DNA of 64,000 nucleotides from Candidatus Deferrimicrobiaceae bacterium. GTDB lineage: Bacteria; Desulfobacterota; Deferrimicrobia; Deferrimicrobiales; Deferrimicrobiaceae. Each line of letters starts with the position of its first letter. Position 1 is the stretch's first letter. Under the pieces are notes generated by a model. It did no database searches. It was not told the DNA's origin and was given only the letters and a program-made list of their open reading frames with translations. Positions 41,273-52,245 of this stretch are shown in pieces. A program made the translations under genes and the position numbers. The DNA is taken from contig CAWBVY010000005.1 in NCBI GenBank assembly GCA_963792415.1, forward strand, positions 32,001 to 96,000, read 5' to 3'.

Positions 41273-41318
41273 TTTTCCACATCCTTTGTGGATTGTCTGT
41301 GGATTCTCCTGTGGAAAT
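41273..41318. promoter_or_regulatory. Cluster of four DnaA-box-like 9-mers
   Basis: TTTTCCACA (+, 41273-41281, fits TTWTNCACA), then TGTGGATTG 41287, TGTGGATTC 41298, TGTGGAAAT 41310 (opposite orientation, 11-12 bp period). Confidence 0.6.
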
Positions 41319-41403
41319 TCCCCTTCGCCCGTGTCCGGAAGGGACCTCTGTCAGATTGCCTTAATTTTGGGCATCCCGGATTCGTACCCGATGCGCCGGC
41401 GCA

Positions 41404-41644
41404 CCGGGACTTACCATCCTGCTGCGTCGCCTCGGAGGGCGGGACTCCGTTCGAGGGAGGGCGCCCCACTCCCGTACGATGTACCCTCCCTGGGGTACCC
41501 CCACTGTAATAAGAACGGGGGGCACCCCACTCCCGGATATATTGCACTCCCTGGGGTACCCCACCGTAGGAAGAACGGGGGCACCCCACTCCCGTACGAA
41601 ATGCGCTCCCTGGGGTACCCCCACTGTAATAAGAACGGGGGGCA
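41404..41644 (+). repeat. Modular repeat locus 3: inverted C-module tail plus three tandem ~60-bp B units
   Basis: Units at 41461-41521, 41522-41580, 41581-41641, each gcRccccactcccg..ctccctGGGGTACCCC..gta..aagaacgggg; 41404-41453 aligns with 13411-13460. Confidence 0.93.
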
Positions 41645-41651
41645 TATTTCT

Positions 41652-41681
41652 TTGACTTAATCGCTCCGATGGTGTTAAATA
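41652..41681 (+). promoter_or_regulatory. Putative sigma70 promoter of rpsT
   Basis: TTGACT at 41652-41657, then TGtTAAATA at 41673-41681; SD AAGGAGG before TTG 41725. Confidence 0.55.
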
Positions 41682-41724
41682 CCTGATTACTGAAATCACC
41701 GAACGGATCGCAAGGAGGCACAGG

Positions 41725-41994
41725 TTGGCAAGGATCAAGTCCGGGATCAAGCGTCACAAGCAGAGCCTGAAAGCAAGGGCCCGCAACCGCCACGTCCGCT
41801 CCACCGTGAAGACCGCCGTCAAGGAAGTCCGGTCCGAGATCGCCGGGGGAACCGGGGAGAAGAGCGCCGAACTGCTGCGAAAAGCCACTTCCGTCCTCGA
41901 GCGCGCCGGATCGAAGGGCGTCCTTCACAAGAAGACAGCGTCCCGCAAAGTCTCGCGATTGGCGAAGGCCGTCCACAAGGCGACGAAGAAGTAA
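41725..41994 (+). CDS. rpsT: 30S ribosomal protein S20
   Basis: ARIKSGIKR..QS.K.R.RN..RS.VKT, KGVLHKKTASRKVSRL; TTG start. Confidence 0.95.
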   Translation: MARIKSGIKRHKQSLKARARNRHVRSTVKTAVKEVRSEIAGGTGEKSAELLRKATSVLERAGSKGVLHKKTASRKVSRLAKAVHKATKK

Positions 41995-42040
41995 CCTAGC
42001 GCCCCGTTTCATAAATACGGCAACGAATTCAAAGAGCGAT

Positions 42041-42141
42041 CCCTCCGGCGGCGACTCCGCCGCAGGACCTTCCCGTTGTGTCCCCCGTTTTTCCTACTGC
42101 GGGGGTACCCCAGGGAGCGTATTTCGTATGGGAGTGGGGCG
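42041..42141 (-). repeat. Modular repeat locus 4 (one B unit then module A, minus strand), between convergent rpsT and holA
   Basis: Reverse complement cgccccactcccatacgaaatacgctccctGGGGTACCCCcgcagtaggaaaaacgggggacac, then gggaaggtcctgcggcggagtcgccgccggaggg resembling 8980-9010. Confidence 0.9.
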
Positions 42142-42157
42142 TACGCCTTCCGTACAC

Positions 42158-43078
42158 TTAGCGCAGCAGCGAAAGCAACCGGATCTCGTACACCTGCGCG
42201 GGGGAGAGCCTGCTCTCCCCTTTCATCTCCCGGTCGATCCGTGACAGGGCCCGAAAGATCTCCGCGGCCCGTCGCGGCGTGACCCCTCCCGCTCTCCCCT
42301 TCCCCTGGATCCTGCTTCGAAGGAACCACGCCACCGCCCCGTTCAGTTTGTGATAATCGTCGGGTTCCGCCGCCGCCGCGAAGCGACGCAACAGGGAGAG
42401 GCACCCCTTCGCGTCCTTCCGAACGAGCGTCTCCGCCAGCCGGAACGGATCGACGTCCCCCCGGGCGACACACACCGCCCGGATGTCTTCCTCGACCACT
42501 TCCCCGCGGCCGGCGGCAAACGCCAGAACCTTGCCGATCTCCGCGTCGAGGGCATCGAAGGAGACCCCCACCCACCGCGCGAGAAAGAGCGCCGATTCCC
42601 GCGTGAGCTTCGCACCCCCTTCGGCGGCGAAGGCAACCGCATGACGCGCCAGCGCCTCGACCGCCTTCTCTTCCCGTGGGGCGTCCGAAAGGAGGTTCCG
42701 GGCGCCCGAGAACCCGCGCGCCTGCCGGAAATCGGTCCCGTGGAGGATCAGCATCGCGGAAGGCTCCGGGGATTCCAGATACGCCTTGATCTCCTCCCGG
42801 TGCGCCTTCTTCATCTCCGCGATGTCGGGGAGCGTGAAGATCCGCATGCGGGAGAAGAAAGACGGAGAGCGCCACGCAGCGGTGGGGGATTCACGGGCGA
42901 GATCCTCGAGCGTCCACCGGAACGACTCGATCGGGACCCCCTCGCCACGCAGCTTCCTCTCCCAGGCCCTCGCGAGGAGCCCTGCGAGACCGGCCCCGTC
43001 TCCGTAAAGGAGGTATGCGGGGGCGGGATCCCCGGAGAGCCACTCCCTGAAGATCGGGGGAGGATCGGCCGGGTTCAA
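42158..43078 (-). CDS. holA: DNA polymerase III delta subunit (divergent)
   Basis: PAYLLYGD, SPSFFS.MR, YLESP, EIGKV.AF, I..V, ID.EMKG; conserved leuS-lptE-holA position. Confidence 0.8.
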   Translation of the reverse strand: MNPADPPPIFREWLSGDPAPAYLLYGDGAGLAGLLARAWERKLRGEGVPIESFRWTLEDLARESPTAAWRSPSFFSRMRIFTLPDIAEMKKAHREEIKAYLESPEPSAMLILHGTDFRQARGFSGARNLLSDAPREEKAVEALARHAVAFAAEGGAKLTRESALFLARWVGVSFDALDAEIGKVLAFAAGRGEVVEEDIRAVCVARGDVDPFRLAETLVRKDAKGCLSLLRRFAAAAEPDDYHKLNGAVAWFLRSRIQGKGRAGGVTPRRAAEIFRALSRIDREMKGESRLSPAQVYEIRLLSLLR

Positions 43079-43584
43079 AGGAGCACGCGGAGGGTCTGGG
43101 ACAGGCGGACGGCCATCCGCCGGACGACCTCCTCGAAGGCGGCGCGCCGGTTGGCCTCGATGTACTGCGCGTCCGTTCCCGAAAAGTAGGAAGCGGTCTC
43201 GGTCAGGCCGGACTCCTTCCAGAGGACTCCTCCCCGGAGGACCTCGATCACCCGGATGTCCACCACCAGGGTAAGGCGGTTCTCGAGCGAGAACCGGTCC
43301 GCGCCTTGGGAGAAGATGTCCGAACGGATCTCCCGCACCGTACCCTGGACCAGGTAGTCCGCGCCGATGTTTCCGAAATTCCCCCGGAAGCCGCTTCGGC
43401 GAAGCTCCTCGCGAAAGCGCGCGGCGATTACGGCGCCGGCGTCGGGCGTCGTGGAACGGTTCGCGAAGGGGGAGACGTCCATCCGCACCGAAGGATCCGT
43501 GAATCGCGTCGACCCGGACTCGAGGCGGTATCCGCACCCCGCGACCGCGGAGAGGAGCGCCAGCACGATGAGGATCCGTTTCAT
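43075..43584 (-). CDS. lptE: LPS assembly lipoprotein LptE
   Basis: Lipobox VAGC followed by GYRL; FANRS; located between leuS and holA. Confidence 0.85.
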   Translation of the reverse strand: MKRILIVLALLSAVAGCGYRLESGSTRFTDPSVRMDVSPFANRSTTPDAGAVIAARFREELRRSGFRGNFGNIGADYLVQGTVREIRSDIFSQGADRFSLENRLTLVVDIRVIEVLRGGVLWKESGLTETASYFSGTDAQYIEANRRAAFEEVVRRMAVRLSQTLRVLL

Positions 43585-46161
43585 TCAGGAAACGACGATG
43601 CTGAAAAGTTTGCCGGGAACGTAGACGGTCTTCCGGATTTCCCTGCCCGCCGTGTACTCCCGGACCTTCGGGTCGGCCATCACCCGCTCGCGGACCTCGT
43701 CCTCCCCGGCCCCGGCGCCGACGGTCAGCTTCGACCGCACCTTCCCGTTGACCTGGACGACGACCTCGATCTCCTCCTCCCGCGCGACGTCGGCGTCGGC
43801 TGCGGGCCAGGGCCGGGAGCAGAGGAGGCCCTTCCCTCCGATCCGCTCCCAGAGCTCCTCGCCCATATGCGGCGCGAAGGGAGAGAGCATGTGAAGCAGG
43901 ATCTCGACCGCCTCGCGAAGCGCGGCGACCGACGCTGGGCGTTCCCAGGCGGCCCCGGGAACGAGGTAGAGGAAATTCACCATCTCCATGACGGCGGAGA
44001 TCGCCGTGTTGAAGTGGGACCGGTCCTCGATGTCGGCGGTGACCTTGATCAGCGTCCGGTGGGTCACCTGGCGGATGGCGCGGACCTCCCCGGAATCGTC
44101 CCACGCGGCCGGGGCGTCCGCGATCGCCTTCGCGCGGGGCGCGATCAGCCGATGGATGCGGTTGAGGAACCGGAACGCCCCCTCCACCCCCTGCTCGTTC
44201 CAGTCGAGGTCTTTTTCCGGCGGGGCCGCGAAGAGGATGAAGAGCCGGGCCGTGTCGGCACCGTAGCGCTCGATCAGCGACGAGGGCTCGACGACGTTCC
44301 TCTTCGACTTCGACATTTTCATCGACCGCCCGACGTCGACCGCCTCGCCGCACTGGCGGCACGCCCCTTTCTCGTCGACCTCCTCCGGGTACCTCCAGCC
44401 GTGCTTGGGGCACTCGGCGGTCTGCATGCAGACCATCCCCTGGGAAAGGAGACGCTCGAACGGCTCGTTTCCCGGGGCCAGCCCCTTGTCGCGAAGATAC
44501 TTGTGGAAGAAGCGGGCGTAGATGAGGTGCATGCAGGCGTGCTCCACCCCCCCCACGTACTGGTCCACGGGCGCGAACCGGCGCACCTTTTCCGGGTCGA
44601 GCGGCGCGCGGTCGTTCTTCGGGTCGATGTACCGCAGGAAGTACCAGGAGGACTCGACGAAGGTGTCGAACGTGTCCGTCTCCCGCCGGCCGGGTTTTCC
44701 GCAGGAGGGGCACGGCACGCGAAGCCAATGCTCCGCGCCGGCCAGCGGGTTCCCGCGCTCCCGCGTGTACGGGAGGTCCTCCGGAAGCACCACCGGAAGG
44801 TCCTTCTCCGGAACGGGGACGATTCCGCACGCCTCGCAATGGATCACCGGGATCGGACAACCCCAGTACCGCTGCCGGCTGACGCCCCAGTCGCGAAGAC
44901 GGTACTGGATCGTCCCGCGGCCCAGCCCCTTCCCCTCAAGGTGAAGGGTGATCGCCCTCTTCCCCTCTTCGCTCGGGATCCCGTCGAACGCACCGGAGCC
45001 GACCAGTCGCCCCGGCCCCTCGTGCGCCGCGATCATCGTCGCAGGATCGAGCGCCTCCCCCTCGGGCTGCACGACGACCGTCACCGGCAGGCCGTACTTG
45101 CGGGCGAACTCGAAGTCGCGCTGGTCGTGGGCCGGCACCGCCATCACCGCGCCGGTGCCGTAGTCGTACAGGACGAAGTTGGCGGCGTAGACCGGGATCC
45201 GGCTCCCCGTGGCGGGGTTCACGCAATACCCCCCGGTGAACACCCCCTCCTTCACGAGGTCCTCGCTCGTCCGGGCGACCCGGTCCTGGCCCGCCACCCG
45301 GTCTACGAACTCCCGCACCTCGAGCTCCCTGCCGGCCCGTTTCGCGAACTCCATCACCATCGGATGCTCGGGGGCCATGCTCATGAACGTGGCGCCGAAG
45401 AGCGTGTCGGGCCGCGTCGTGAACACCGTGACGTCCCCCCCCGCCCCGTCGACGGGAAAGCGGATCTCCGCCCCCTCGCTGCGGCCGATCCAGTTGCGCT
45501 GCATCTCGAGAATGTTCGCCGGCCACCGGCCCTCCAGCTCCGCGTGTCCGGAGAGCAGCTCCTCGGCGTATTTCGTGATGCCGAGGAACCACTGGTCGAG
45601 CTCCTTCTGGGCCACCGGCGTCTGATCGTGGATGAAGCACGTCCCGTCGCCGTTCACCTGCTCGTTGGCGAGCACGGTCTGGCACTCTCCGCACCAGTTG
45701 AGCGTGGCGCGTTTCCGGTACGCGAGGCCGTCCCGGAGCATCCAGAGGAAGAAGAGCTGCTCCCATTTGTAATATTCCGGGGAACAGGTCGCGAACTCGC
45801 GCTCCCAGTCGTAGGAGATCCCCATCTCCTTCAACTGGTCCCGCATGAAGGCGATGTTCTCCCACGTCCATTTCGCCGGGTGCGTCCCGTGCCGGTGCGC
45901 GGCGTTTTCGGCGGGCAGCCCGAAGGCGTCCCAGCCGATCGGGTGAAGGACCTGGAACCCCTGCATCCGCTTGAAGCGCGCGAGGAGGTCGCCGATCGTG
46001 TACACCCGCACGTGCCCCATGTGGATCCGGCCGGAAGGGTACGGGAACATCTCGAGGCAGTAATATTTCGGCGCGGACAGCTCGTCCGGGCACCGGGACA
46101 CGCCGGCCTCGTCCCATCTCCGCTGCCACTTCCGCTCGATCTCCCGCGGGTTGTACTTCAC
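43585..46161 (-). CDS. leuS: Leucine--tRNA ligase
   Basis: [68 protein letters not shown]. Confidence 0.98.
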   Translation of the reverse strand: MKYNPREIERKWQRRWDEAGVSRCPDELSAPKYYCLEMFPYPSGRIHMGHVRVYTIGDLLARFKRMQGFQVLHPIGWDAFGLPAENAAHRHGTHPAKWTWENIAFMRDQLKEMGISYDWEREFATCSPEYYKWEQLFFLWMLRDGLAYRKRATLNWCGECQTVLANEQVNGDGTCFIHDQTPVAQKELDQWFLGITKYAEELLSGHAELEGRWPANILEMQRNWIGRSEGAEIRFPVDGAGGDVTVFTTRPDTLFGATFMSMAPEHPMVMEFAKRAGRELEVREFVDRVAGQDRVARTSEDLVKEGVFTGGYCVNPATGSRIPVYAANFVLYDYGTGAVMAVPAHDQRDFEFARKYGLPVTVVVQPEGEALDPATMIAAHEGPGRLVGSGAFDGIPSEEGKRAITLHLEGKGLGRGTIQYRLRDWGVSRQRYWGCPIPVIHCEACGIVPVPEKDLPVVLPEDLPYTRERGNPLAGAEHWLRVPCPSCGKPGRRETDTFDTFVESSWYFLRYIDPKNDRAPLDPEKVRRFAPVDQYVGGVEHACMHLIYARFFHKYLRDKGLAPGNEPFERLLSQGMVCMQTAECPKHGWRYPEEVDEKGACRQCGEAVDVGRSMKMSKSKRNVVEPSSLIERYGADTARLFILFAAPPEKDLDWNEQGVEGAFRFLNRIHRLIAPRAKAIADAPAAWDDSGEVRAIRQVTHRTLIKVTADIEDRSHFNTAISAVMEMVNFLYLVPGAAWERPASVAALREAVEILLHMLSPFAPHMGEELWERIGGKGLLCSRPWPAADADVAREEEIEVVVQVNGKVRSKLTVGAGAGEDEVRERVMADPKVREYTAGREIRKTVYVPGKLFSIVVS

Positions 46162-46580
46162 GCCGATCCCTCCGCCATTGTCTTCTTCCGCACGATTCCC
46201 GAGATCCTGTCGAGAATCCCGTTGATGAAGGCCCCGGACTCCTCGGAGCCGAACCGCTTGCCGAGCTCGACCCCCTCGTTGATCGCCACCGCGACCGGGA
46301 TGTCGCTCCCCGGGGAGAGCTCGTACGCCCCGAGGCGCAGGATATTCCGGTCCACGAGCGTCATTCTTTCGACCCGCCAGTGCTCCGCCGCCTCCCCGAT
46401 AAGGGCATCGATCTCCTCGATGCGGCCCCAGACACCGCGCACCGCCTCCTCGTAGTAGCGCGGGTCGGAGGGAGGATCGGAGGACAGCGCGAAAAGGGGG
46501 ATGGCCTCGTCCGGGCCAACCCCGAGCGCGTCCATCATGAAGAGGGTCTGGAAAACCTTCTCCCGGGATTCCCTGCGCAC
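46158..46580 (-). CDS. nusB: Transcription antitermination factor NusB
   Basis: [44 protein letters not shown]. Confidence 0.95.
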   Translation of the reverse strand: MRRESREKVFQTLFMMDALGVGPDEAIPLFALSSDPPSDPRYYEEAVRGVWGRIEEIDALIGEAAEHWRVERMTLVDRNILRLGAYELSPGSDIPVAVAINEGVELGKRFGSEESGAFINGILDRISGIVRKKTMAEGSA

Positions 46581-46611
46581 GAAAGCTTCGCTTTCCCCGG
46601 GATCGTCCCGA

Positions 46612-47073
46612 TCACATCTTGCGGAGCAGGCTGACCATCTCGAGGGCGGACTGGGCCGCCTCGGCCCCCTTGTTCCCCGCCTTCGTGCCGGCGCGTTCGA
46701 TGGCCTGCTCGACGGTGTCCGTCGTGAGCACGCCGAACGAAACGGGGATTCCCGTCTCCAGCATCACGTGGGCGACCCCCTTGGTGACCTCTGCGCTCAG
46801 GTAGTCGAAGTGCGGGGTTCCTCCCCGGATCAGCGCACCGAGCGCGATGACCGCGTCGACCTTCTGTCCGGCCGCCCGCCGGACCCCCAGCGGAATTTCG
46901 AAGGAGCCCGGGACCCGGACGACGGTGATCCCCTTCTCCTCCACGCCGTGCCGCCGGAGAGCGTCCAGCGCACCTTCGAGCAGCCTGTCGGTGATGAAGC
47001 TGTTGAACCTCGAGACCACGATCGACACCTTGACTCCCTGCCCCTGCAGATCCCCTTCGATCACCCGCACCAT
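46612..47073 (-). CDS. ribH: 6,7-dimethyl-8-ribityllumazine synthase
   Basis: [44 protein letters not shown]. Confidence 0.97.
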   Translation of the reverse strand: MVRVIEGDLQGQGVKVSIVVSRFNSFITDRLLEGALDALRRHGVEEKGITVVRVPGSFEIPLGVRRAAGQKVDAVIALGALIRGGTPHFDYLSAEVTKGVAHVMLETGIPVSFGVLTTDTVEQAIERAGTKAGNKGAEAAQSALEMVSLLRKM

Positions 47074-47082
47074 CGTCCCCTC

Positions 47083-48288
47083 CTACTCCATGTTCAGGAT
47101 GTGGCCCATCTTCTTCTTCTTGGTTCGAAGGTACCGGACGTTCGCCTCGTTCGGCGCGATCTCGATCGGCACCCGCTCGATCATCTGCAGGCCGTAGCCC
47201 GACAGGCCGATGATCTTTTTCGGGTTGTTCGTGAGGAGCCGGATCTTGCGGACCCCGAGGTCCACCAGGATCTGCGCCCCCACGCCGTAATCCCGCAGGT
47301 CGGGCTTGAACCCGAGCCGCTCGTTCGCCTCGACGGTGTCGAACCCCTTGTCCTGCAGGTTGTAGGCGCGGATCTTGTTCTCGAGCCCGATCCCCCGCCC
47401 TTCCTGGCGCATGTAGAGAAGGATCCCCGTCCCCTCCGCCTCGATTCGCCGGAGGGTGCTGCGCAGCTGCTCGCCGCAATCGCACCGCATCGAACCGAAG
47501 ACGTCGCCGGTCAGGCACTCGGAATGGACGCGCACGAGGATCGGTTCCTCGGACCGGATCTCCCCCTTGACGAAGGCGATGTGGGTGTCGCCGTTCAGCG
47601 CGTTGGCGTAGGTGTAGGCGGTGAACTCGCCGCCGATCTTCAGCGGCATCCGGGCTTCCCCGATGCGCTCCACCAGCCGCTCGCCGTGCATCCGGTACTC
47701 GATCAGGTCCTTGATGGAGACGATCCGGAGATTGTGCTCCGCGGAGAACCGCTCGAGATCGGGCATCCGCGCCATCGTCCCGTCGTCGTTCATGATCTCG
47801 CAGATCACCCCGGCGGGAACGCACCCGGCGAGACGCGCGAGGTCGACCGACCCTTCCGTCTGACCCGTCCGGACCAGGACTCCGCCCTTCCGGGCAATGA
47901 TGGGGAAGACGTGACCCGGGCGGACCACGTCTTCCGGCCTGGCGGTTTCCGCGATGGCGGTCCGGATCGTCGTGGCCCGGTCGTGCGCCGAGATGCCGGT
48001 GCTCACGCCGCGGCGCGCCTCGATCGAGACGGTGAAGGCGGTGCCGAACGCCGAGGAGTTGTCGTGCACCATCGGGGGAAGCTGCAGCGCCTGCGCCTTC
48101 TCCTCGGTGATGCTGAGGCAGATGAGCCCGCGCCCGTGACGGGCCATGAAGTTGATCGCCTCGGGGGTGACGAACTCCGCCGCGAGGGTCAGGTCGCCTT
48201 CGTTCTCACGGTCCTCGTCGTCCACGAGGACGACCATCCTGCCGGCGCGGATGTCGCCGAGGGCCTCCTCGATCTTCGAAAACGGCAT
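47083..48288 (-). CDS. ribBA: Bifunctional DHBP synthase / GTP cyclohydrolase II
   Basis: [55 protein letters not shown]. Confidence 0.97.
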   Translation of the reverse strand: MPFSKIEEALGDIRAGRMVVLVDDEDRENEGDLTLAAEFVTPEAINFMARHGRGLICLSITEEKAQALQLPPMVHDNSSAFGTAFTVSIEARRGVSTGISAHDRATTIRTAIAETARPEDVVRPGHVFPIIARKGGVLVRTGQTEGSVDLARLAGCVPAGVICEIMNDDGTMARMPDLERFSAEHNLRIVSIKDLIEYRMHGERLVERIGEARMPLKIGGEFTAYTYANALNGDTHIAFVKGEIRSEEPILVRVHSECLTGDVFGSMRCDCGEQLRSTLRRIEAEGTGILLYMRQEGRGIGLENKIRAYNLQDKGFDTVEANERLGFKPDLRDYGVGAQILVDLGVRKIRLLTNNPKKIIGLSGYGLQMIERVPIEIAPNEANVRYLRTKKKKMGHILNME

Positions 48289-48304
48289 CCCGTCCCCGCC
48301 CTTC

Positions 48305-48940
48305 CTACGAATATCCGTGATCTTTCAGAAAATCGAGCGTGACGCCGCCCCCCCCGCCTTCCAGGCTCTTGAGGACGTATTTCCCGACGATGTCGGTTTC
48401 GAGGTTGACCCGCTCCCCTGCCCGCACGACTCCAAGCGTCGTCCGCTCGAGGGTGGTCGGGATGATGGCCAGTTCGAATCCGTCCCGGCGGGCGGCGCTG
48501 ACCGTGAGACTGACTCCGTCGACGGTGACCGCCCCCTTGTAAACCATGAACTTCATTATAGAAGGATCCGCCTGGATATGGAATACCCGGGCTTCCCCCA
48601 GCGGGCGGATTTCCCGGATCACGCCGGTCCCGTCCACGTGGCCGTAGACGATATGGCCTCCCAGCCGCCCCGACAGGGTGAGCGCCCGTTCCAGGTTGAC
48701 CTTCGACCCGGGGCCCATACCGCCGAGCGTCGTCTTCGAGAGCGTCTCCTTCGAGACGTCCGCGGTGAAGGTCCCGGCCCCCTTCCGCGTCACCGTCAGG
48801 CAGACCCCCGAGACGGAGACGGAGTCCCCCTCGCGGATCGTCTCCATCGACAAATTCGTCGCCACCGTGATCGCCGTGCCCGCGCGCAGCGGAGACAGGG
48901 AGGCGACCGTCCCGACGTCTTCTACGATTCCGGTGAACAT
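48305..48940 (-). CDS. ribE: Riboflavin synthase (alpha chain)
   Basis: MFTGIVE, GVCLTV, VNLERAL, GGHIV.GHVDG, DGVSLTV, VNLETD. Confidence 0.96.
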   Translation of the reverse strand: MFTGIVEDVGTVASLSPLRAGTAITVATNLSMETIREGDSVSVSGVCLTVTRKGAGTFTADVSKETLSKTTLGGMGPGSKVNLERALTLSGRLGGHIVYGHVDGTGVIREIRPLGEARVFHIQADPSIMKFMVYKGAVTVDGVSLTVSAARRDGFELAIIPTTLERTTLGVVRAGERVNLETDIVGKYVLKSLEGGGGGVTLDFLKDHGYS

Positions 48941-50037
48941 CGCCGCTCCTCCGCTGTGATTTCGAGGTCCGTGCCGATCCGGCGGACCGAGGTGAACGCG
49001 AGGCGTCTCCCTTCGGTCGGCGACCGGCTCGCCCATCCCGACACGGCGCGGACCCCTTCGCCCAGGAGCAGGGGCGCGACGAAGACGACGTACCGGTCGA
49101 TCGCGCTTTCGGACGCGAGCCAGCCTGCGGTCCGGGCGCCCCCCTCGACCAGGAGGGAGGTCACGCCTTCCGCCCCGAGGGCGGCCAGGAAATCGCGCGC
49201 GCGAACGGTTCCGCCGCGGGCGGGGAGCCGGAGCACCACGGCCCCTGCGTCCCGGACAACCCGCAGGTCGCGCTCCGGAACGCCTTTCGGGCAGGCGACG
49301 ATCACCTGCCCGCCAGGCTCGCGAAAGACCGTCCCGCGGGCAAGTTCCGCGGGGCGCGACGTGAGGATCACCCTCCGGGGGTCGTGCCCCCCGGGAACGC
49401 GGGCGGTAAGGAGCGGATCGTCCCGACGCGCCGTTTTCCCCCCCACGAGCACGGCGTCGGCCTCCGACCGCATCCGGTGCACGCGCCGACGCGCCGGCTC
49501 GCCGGTGATCCACCGGGAATCCCCGCCGGCGGCCGCGATCTGCCCGTCGAGGGAGACGGCCAGCTTCAGCGTGACGAACGGCTTCCCCGAAACGACCCAG
49601 CGGCAGAAACCGCGGTTGAGTTCCCGCGCCTCGGCCTCCATCGGCCCGCGGTGCACGACGAGGCCCGCGTCGCGCAGCCGCCCTGCGCCGCGGCCGGAAA
49701 CGGCCGGGTTGGGGTCGTCCATCGCGTACGCCACCCGCGCGATCCCCGACGCCAGGATCGCCGCGGTGCACGGCCCCGTGCGGCCGCGGTGGTCGCACGG
49801 CTCGAGCGTCACGTACAGGTCCGCTCCCCGCGCCGTGCTCCCCGCCACCCGCAGCGCCTCGATCTCGGCGTGGGGAAGTCCCGCGGCGCGGTGATACCCT
49901 TCCCCCACGACGCGTCCTCCCCGCACGACCACCGCGCCGACCGCCGGGTTGGGCGCGGTGCGGCCGGCCCCTTTCCGGGCGAGTCGCAGCGCCCTCCGCA
50001 TGAACCCGATGCCGGGGAACTCCGGACGGGTCGTCAT
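48922..50037 (-). CDS. ribD: Riboflavin biosynthesis deaminase/reductase
   Basis: [42 protein letters not shown]. Confidence 0.96.
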   Translation of the reverse strand: MTTRPEFPGIGFMRRALRLARKGAGRTAPNPAVGAVVVRGGRVVGEGYHRAAGLPHAEIEALRVAGSTARGADLYVTLEPCDHRGRTGPCTAAILASGIARVAYAMDDPNPAVSGRGAGRLRDAGLVVHRGPMEAEARELNRGFCRWVVSGKPFVTLKLAVSLDGQIAAAGGDSRWITGEPARRRVHRMRSEADAVLVGGKTARRDDPLLTARVPGGHDPRRVILTSRPAELARGTVFREPGGQVIVACPKGVPERDLRVVRDAGAVVLRLPARGGTVRARDFLAALGAEGVTSLLVEGGARTAGWLASESAIDRYVVFVAPLLLGEGVRAVSGWASRSPTEGRRLAFTSVRRIGTDLEITAEERRCSPES

Positions 50038-50510
50038 GACTTCGTCGTTCGGCCTGGTGGCTCGGAGATGAGGGTCTTGATCTCCTCGACGAACTGGCTC
50101 ACGTCCTTGAACTGCCGGTACACCGAGGCGAATCGGACGTACGCCACGTCGTCCACCTGGAGCAGCTTCGACATCACCCGTTCGCCGATCCGGATCGTGG
50201 AGATCTCCTTCTCGGCGCCGGACTGGAATTCCTGTTCGAGGGATTCCACGAGGTGTTCGATGGTGTCTGCGCTTACGGGCCGCTTTTCGCACGCCTTTCG
50301 GATGCCGGAGAGGATCTTCTGGCGGTCGTACGGCTCGCGCCGGCCGTCCCGCTTCACGACGAGGGGAAGCTCCTCCTCGATCCGCTCGTAGGTGGTGAAC
50401 CGCCGCGCGCAGGAGAGGCACTCCCTCCTGCGCCGTATGACGTCGCCGTCCTTGCCCGCCCGGGAATCGACCACCTTGTTGTCCACGTGGCCGCACCGGG
50501 GGCATTTCAT
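50034..50510 (-). CDS. nrdR: Transcriptional repressor NrdR
   Basis: MKCPRCG, VVDSR, IRRRREC..C..RFTTYE, ATP-cone, [13 protein letters not shown]. Confidence 0.97.
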   Translation of the reverse strand: MKCPRCGHVDNKVVDSRAGKDGDVIRRRRECLSCARRFTTYERIEEELPLVVKRDGRREPYDRQKILSGIRKACEKRPVSADTIEHLVESLEQEFQSGAEKEISTIRIGERVMSKLLQVDDVAYVRFASVYRQFKDVSQFVEEIKTLISEPPGRTTKS

Positions 50511-50986
50511 GGGGAGGGATCCGCGAGCTTCAGGAGCTCCATGCCGACCTCGTCGAGCATCTCCCGCGTCAGGGTGTCGCTGTACCCCTCGAGATAGATG
50601 ATCCGGCGGACGCCGGCGTTGATCAGCATCTTCGCGCAGATGATGCAGGGAAGGTTCGTGCAGTACAGGTGGGCGCCCTGGATCGAGACGCCGTGGTACG
50701 CGGCCTGGATGATCGCGTTCTGCTCTGCGTGCAGGCCCCGGCACAGCTCGTGGCGCTCCCCCGAGGGGACCTTGAGCCGCTCGCGGAGGCACCCGACGAC
50801 CTCGCAGTGCGTGACCCCGGAGGGGACCCCGTTGTACCCCGTCGCCAGGAGCCGGCGGTCCTTCACCAGGACCGCGCCGACCGCACGCCGCAGGCACGAC
50901 GAGCGCCGGGCGGCGAGCTTCGCCATGTCCATGAAATAGGTGTCCCAGTCGGGACGGGTCCGCGCCGCCGCCGGCAACGCGCTCAC
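50507..50986 (-). CDS. Cytidine/deoxycytidylate deaminase family protein (ComEB-like)
   Basis: [46 protein letters not shown]. Confidence 0.92.
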   Translation of the reverse strand: MSALPAAARTRPDWDTYFMDMAKLAARRSSCLRRAVGAVLVKDRRLLATGYNGVPSGVTHCEVVGCLRERLKVPSGERHELCRGLHAEQNAIIQAAYHGVSIQGAHLYCTNLPCIICAKMLINAGVRRIIYLEGYSDTLTREMLDEVGMELLKLADPSP

Positions 50987-52245
50987 CCCTTCGCGTACGC
51001 CCCGAGACGCGAGGCGTAGAGAGGGAAGGCGTCACAAAGCGCGCGCACCTCCGTCTCCACCCGCCGCTGCACGGAGGCGTCCGAGGGAGCGGCGAGAACG
51101 TCGGCGATCAGGTTGCCGATCCGTTCCATCTCCTTTTCCTTCATCCCGCGGGTGGTGACCGCGGGCGTCCCGATGCGGATCCCGCTGGTGACGAACGGGC
51201 TCCGCGTCTCGAAGGGGACCGTGTTCTTGTTGACCGTGATCCCCACGTGCTCCAGCGCCCCTTCCCCCTCTTTCCCCGTCAGCGGGGTGTCCTTCAGGTT
51301 GACCAGCATCAGGTGGTTGTCCGTCCCGCCGGAGACGAGCCGGTATCCGCGGGCGAGGAGGGTCTTCGCCATCGCCGCCGCGTTGCGGACGATCTGCGCC
51401 TGGTACTCCCTGAAGGCGGGGGTCGTCGCCTCCTTCAGCGCCACGGCCTTCGCGGCGATCACGTGCATCAGCGGGCCGCCCTGGCTCCCCGGGAAGATGG
51501 CCGAATCGAGCTTCTTCGCGAACTCCTGCCGGCACAGGATCAGCCCGGAGCGGGGTCCGCGCAGCGTCTTGTGGGTCGTGGTCGTGACGAATTCGCAATA
51601 CGGAACCGGGCTGGGGTGCAGCCCGACGGCGACCATCCCCGCGATGTGCGCGATGTCGGCCATCACCATGCAGCCCGCCTCGTCGGCGATCCTGCGGAAC
51701 GCCGGGAAGTCGATCGTCCGGGGGTAGGCGGAGGCGCCCACGACGATCAGCTTCGGCCGGTGCTTCAGGGCGAGGTCGCGGACCTGGTCGAAGTCGATCG
51801 TCTCGGTGTCTTCCCGCACGCCGTACGGAACCACGTTGTAGAGCTTCCCCGAGAAGTTCACGGGGCTTCCGTGCGTGAGGTGGCCGCCGTGGGAGAGGTT
51901 CATCCCCAGCATCGTGTCGCCCGGGCTCATCACGGTGAAGTAGACGGCCATGTTCGCCTGGGAGCCGGCGTGGGGCTGCACGTTGGCGTGCTCGGCGCCG
52001 AAGATCTTCTTCGCCCGCTCGATCGCCAGCGACTCGGCCTGGTCCACGAACTCGCACCCGCCGTAGTAGCGCTTCCCGGGGTACCCCTCGGCGTACTTGT
52101 TCGTCAGCACGGACCCGGTGGCCTCGAGGACCGCCTCGCTCACGAAGTTCTCGGAGGCGATCAGCTCGAGCGTGTGCGCCTGCCGTTCGGTCTCCCTGCG
52201 GATGATGTCGTGGATCTCGGGATCGGTCTCTTTCAGGAAGGACAT
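50983..52245 (-). CDS. glyA: Serine hydroxymethyltransferase (own ATG at 52245, in frame with upstream rpiB)
   Basis: [56 protein letters not shown]; SD GGAGAGG before ATG. Confidence 0.97.
   Translation of the reverse strand: MSFLKETDPEIHDIIRRETERQAHTLELIASENFVSEAVLEATGSVLTNKYAEGYPGKRYYGGCEFVDQAESLAIERAKKIFGAEHANVQPHAGSQANMAVYFTVMSPGDTMLGMNLSHGGHLTHGSPVNFSGKLYNVVPYGVREDTETIDFDQVRDLALKHRPKLIVVGASAYPRTIDFPAFRRIADEAGCMVMADIAHIAGMVAVGLHPSPVPYCEFVTTTTHKTLRGPRSGLILCRQEFAKKLDSAIFPGSQGGPLMHVIAAKAVALKEATTPAFREYQAQIVRNAAAMAKTLLARGYRLVSGGTDNHLMLVNLKDTPLTGKEGEGALEHVGITVNKNTVPFETRSPFVTSGIRIGTPAVTTRGMKEKEMERIGNLIADVLAAPSDASVQRRVETEVRALCDAFPLYASRLGAYAKG

Noticed and set aside
41273-41400. Replication origin (oriC)
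   Set aside because: DnaA-like boxes are present, but there is no dnaA/dnaN/gidA neighbourhood, no clear long AT-rich unwinding element and no switch in gene strand bias.
41461-41644. CRISPR array or other guide-RNA array
   Set aside because: Only three units. The variable parts are ~11 nt and homologous to each other, the same unit occurs singly elsewhere, and no cas or other effector gene is in the window. Kept as a repeat finding.
41996-42020. CTAG-CGCCCCGTTTCATAAAT as an IS terminal inverted repeat
   Set aside because: No matching partner end, transposase or target duplication was found in the window. Cannot be supported without an ISfinder search.
41254-42282. ORFs with repeated peptides (PRSYYSGGTPG, GVPPL, SLGYPHCNKNGG)
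   Set aside because: These are translations of the DNA repeat in several frames and strands. They overlap rpsT or its promoter and show no coding signal.
46612-50510. FMN riboswitch for the rib genes (and TPP or purine-related riboswitches for thi and pur)
   Set aside because: The rib genes are embedded mid-operon with no leader, the purM leader is too short, and the thi operon 5' end is outside the window.
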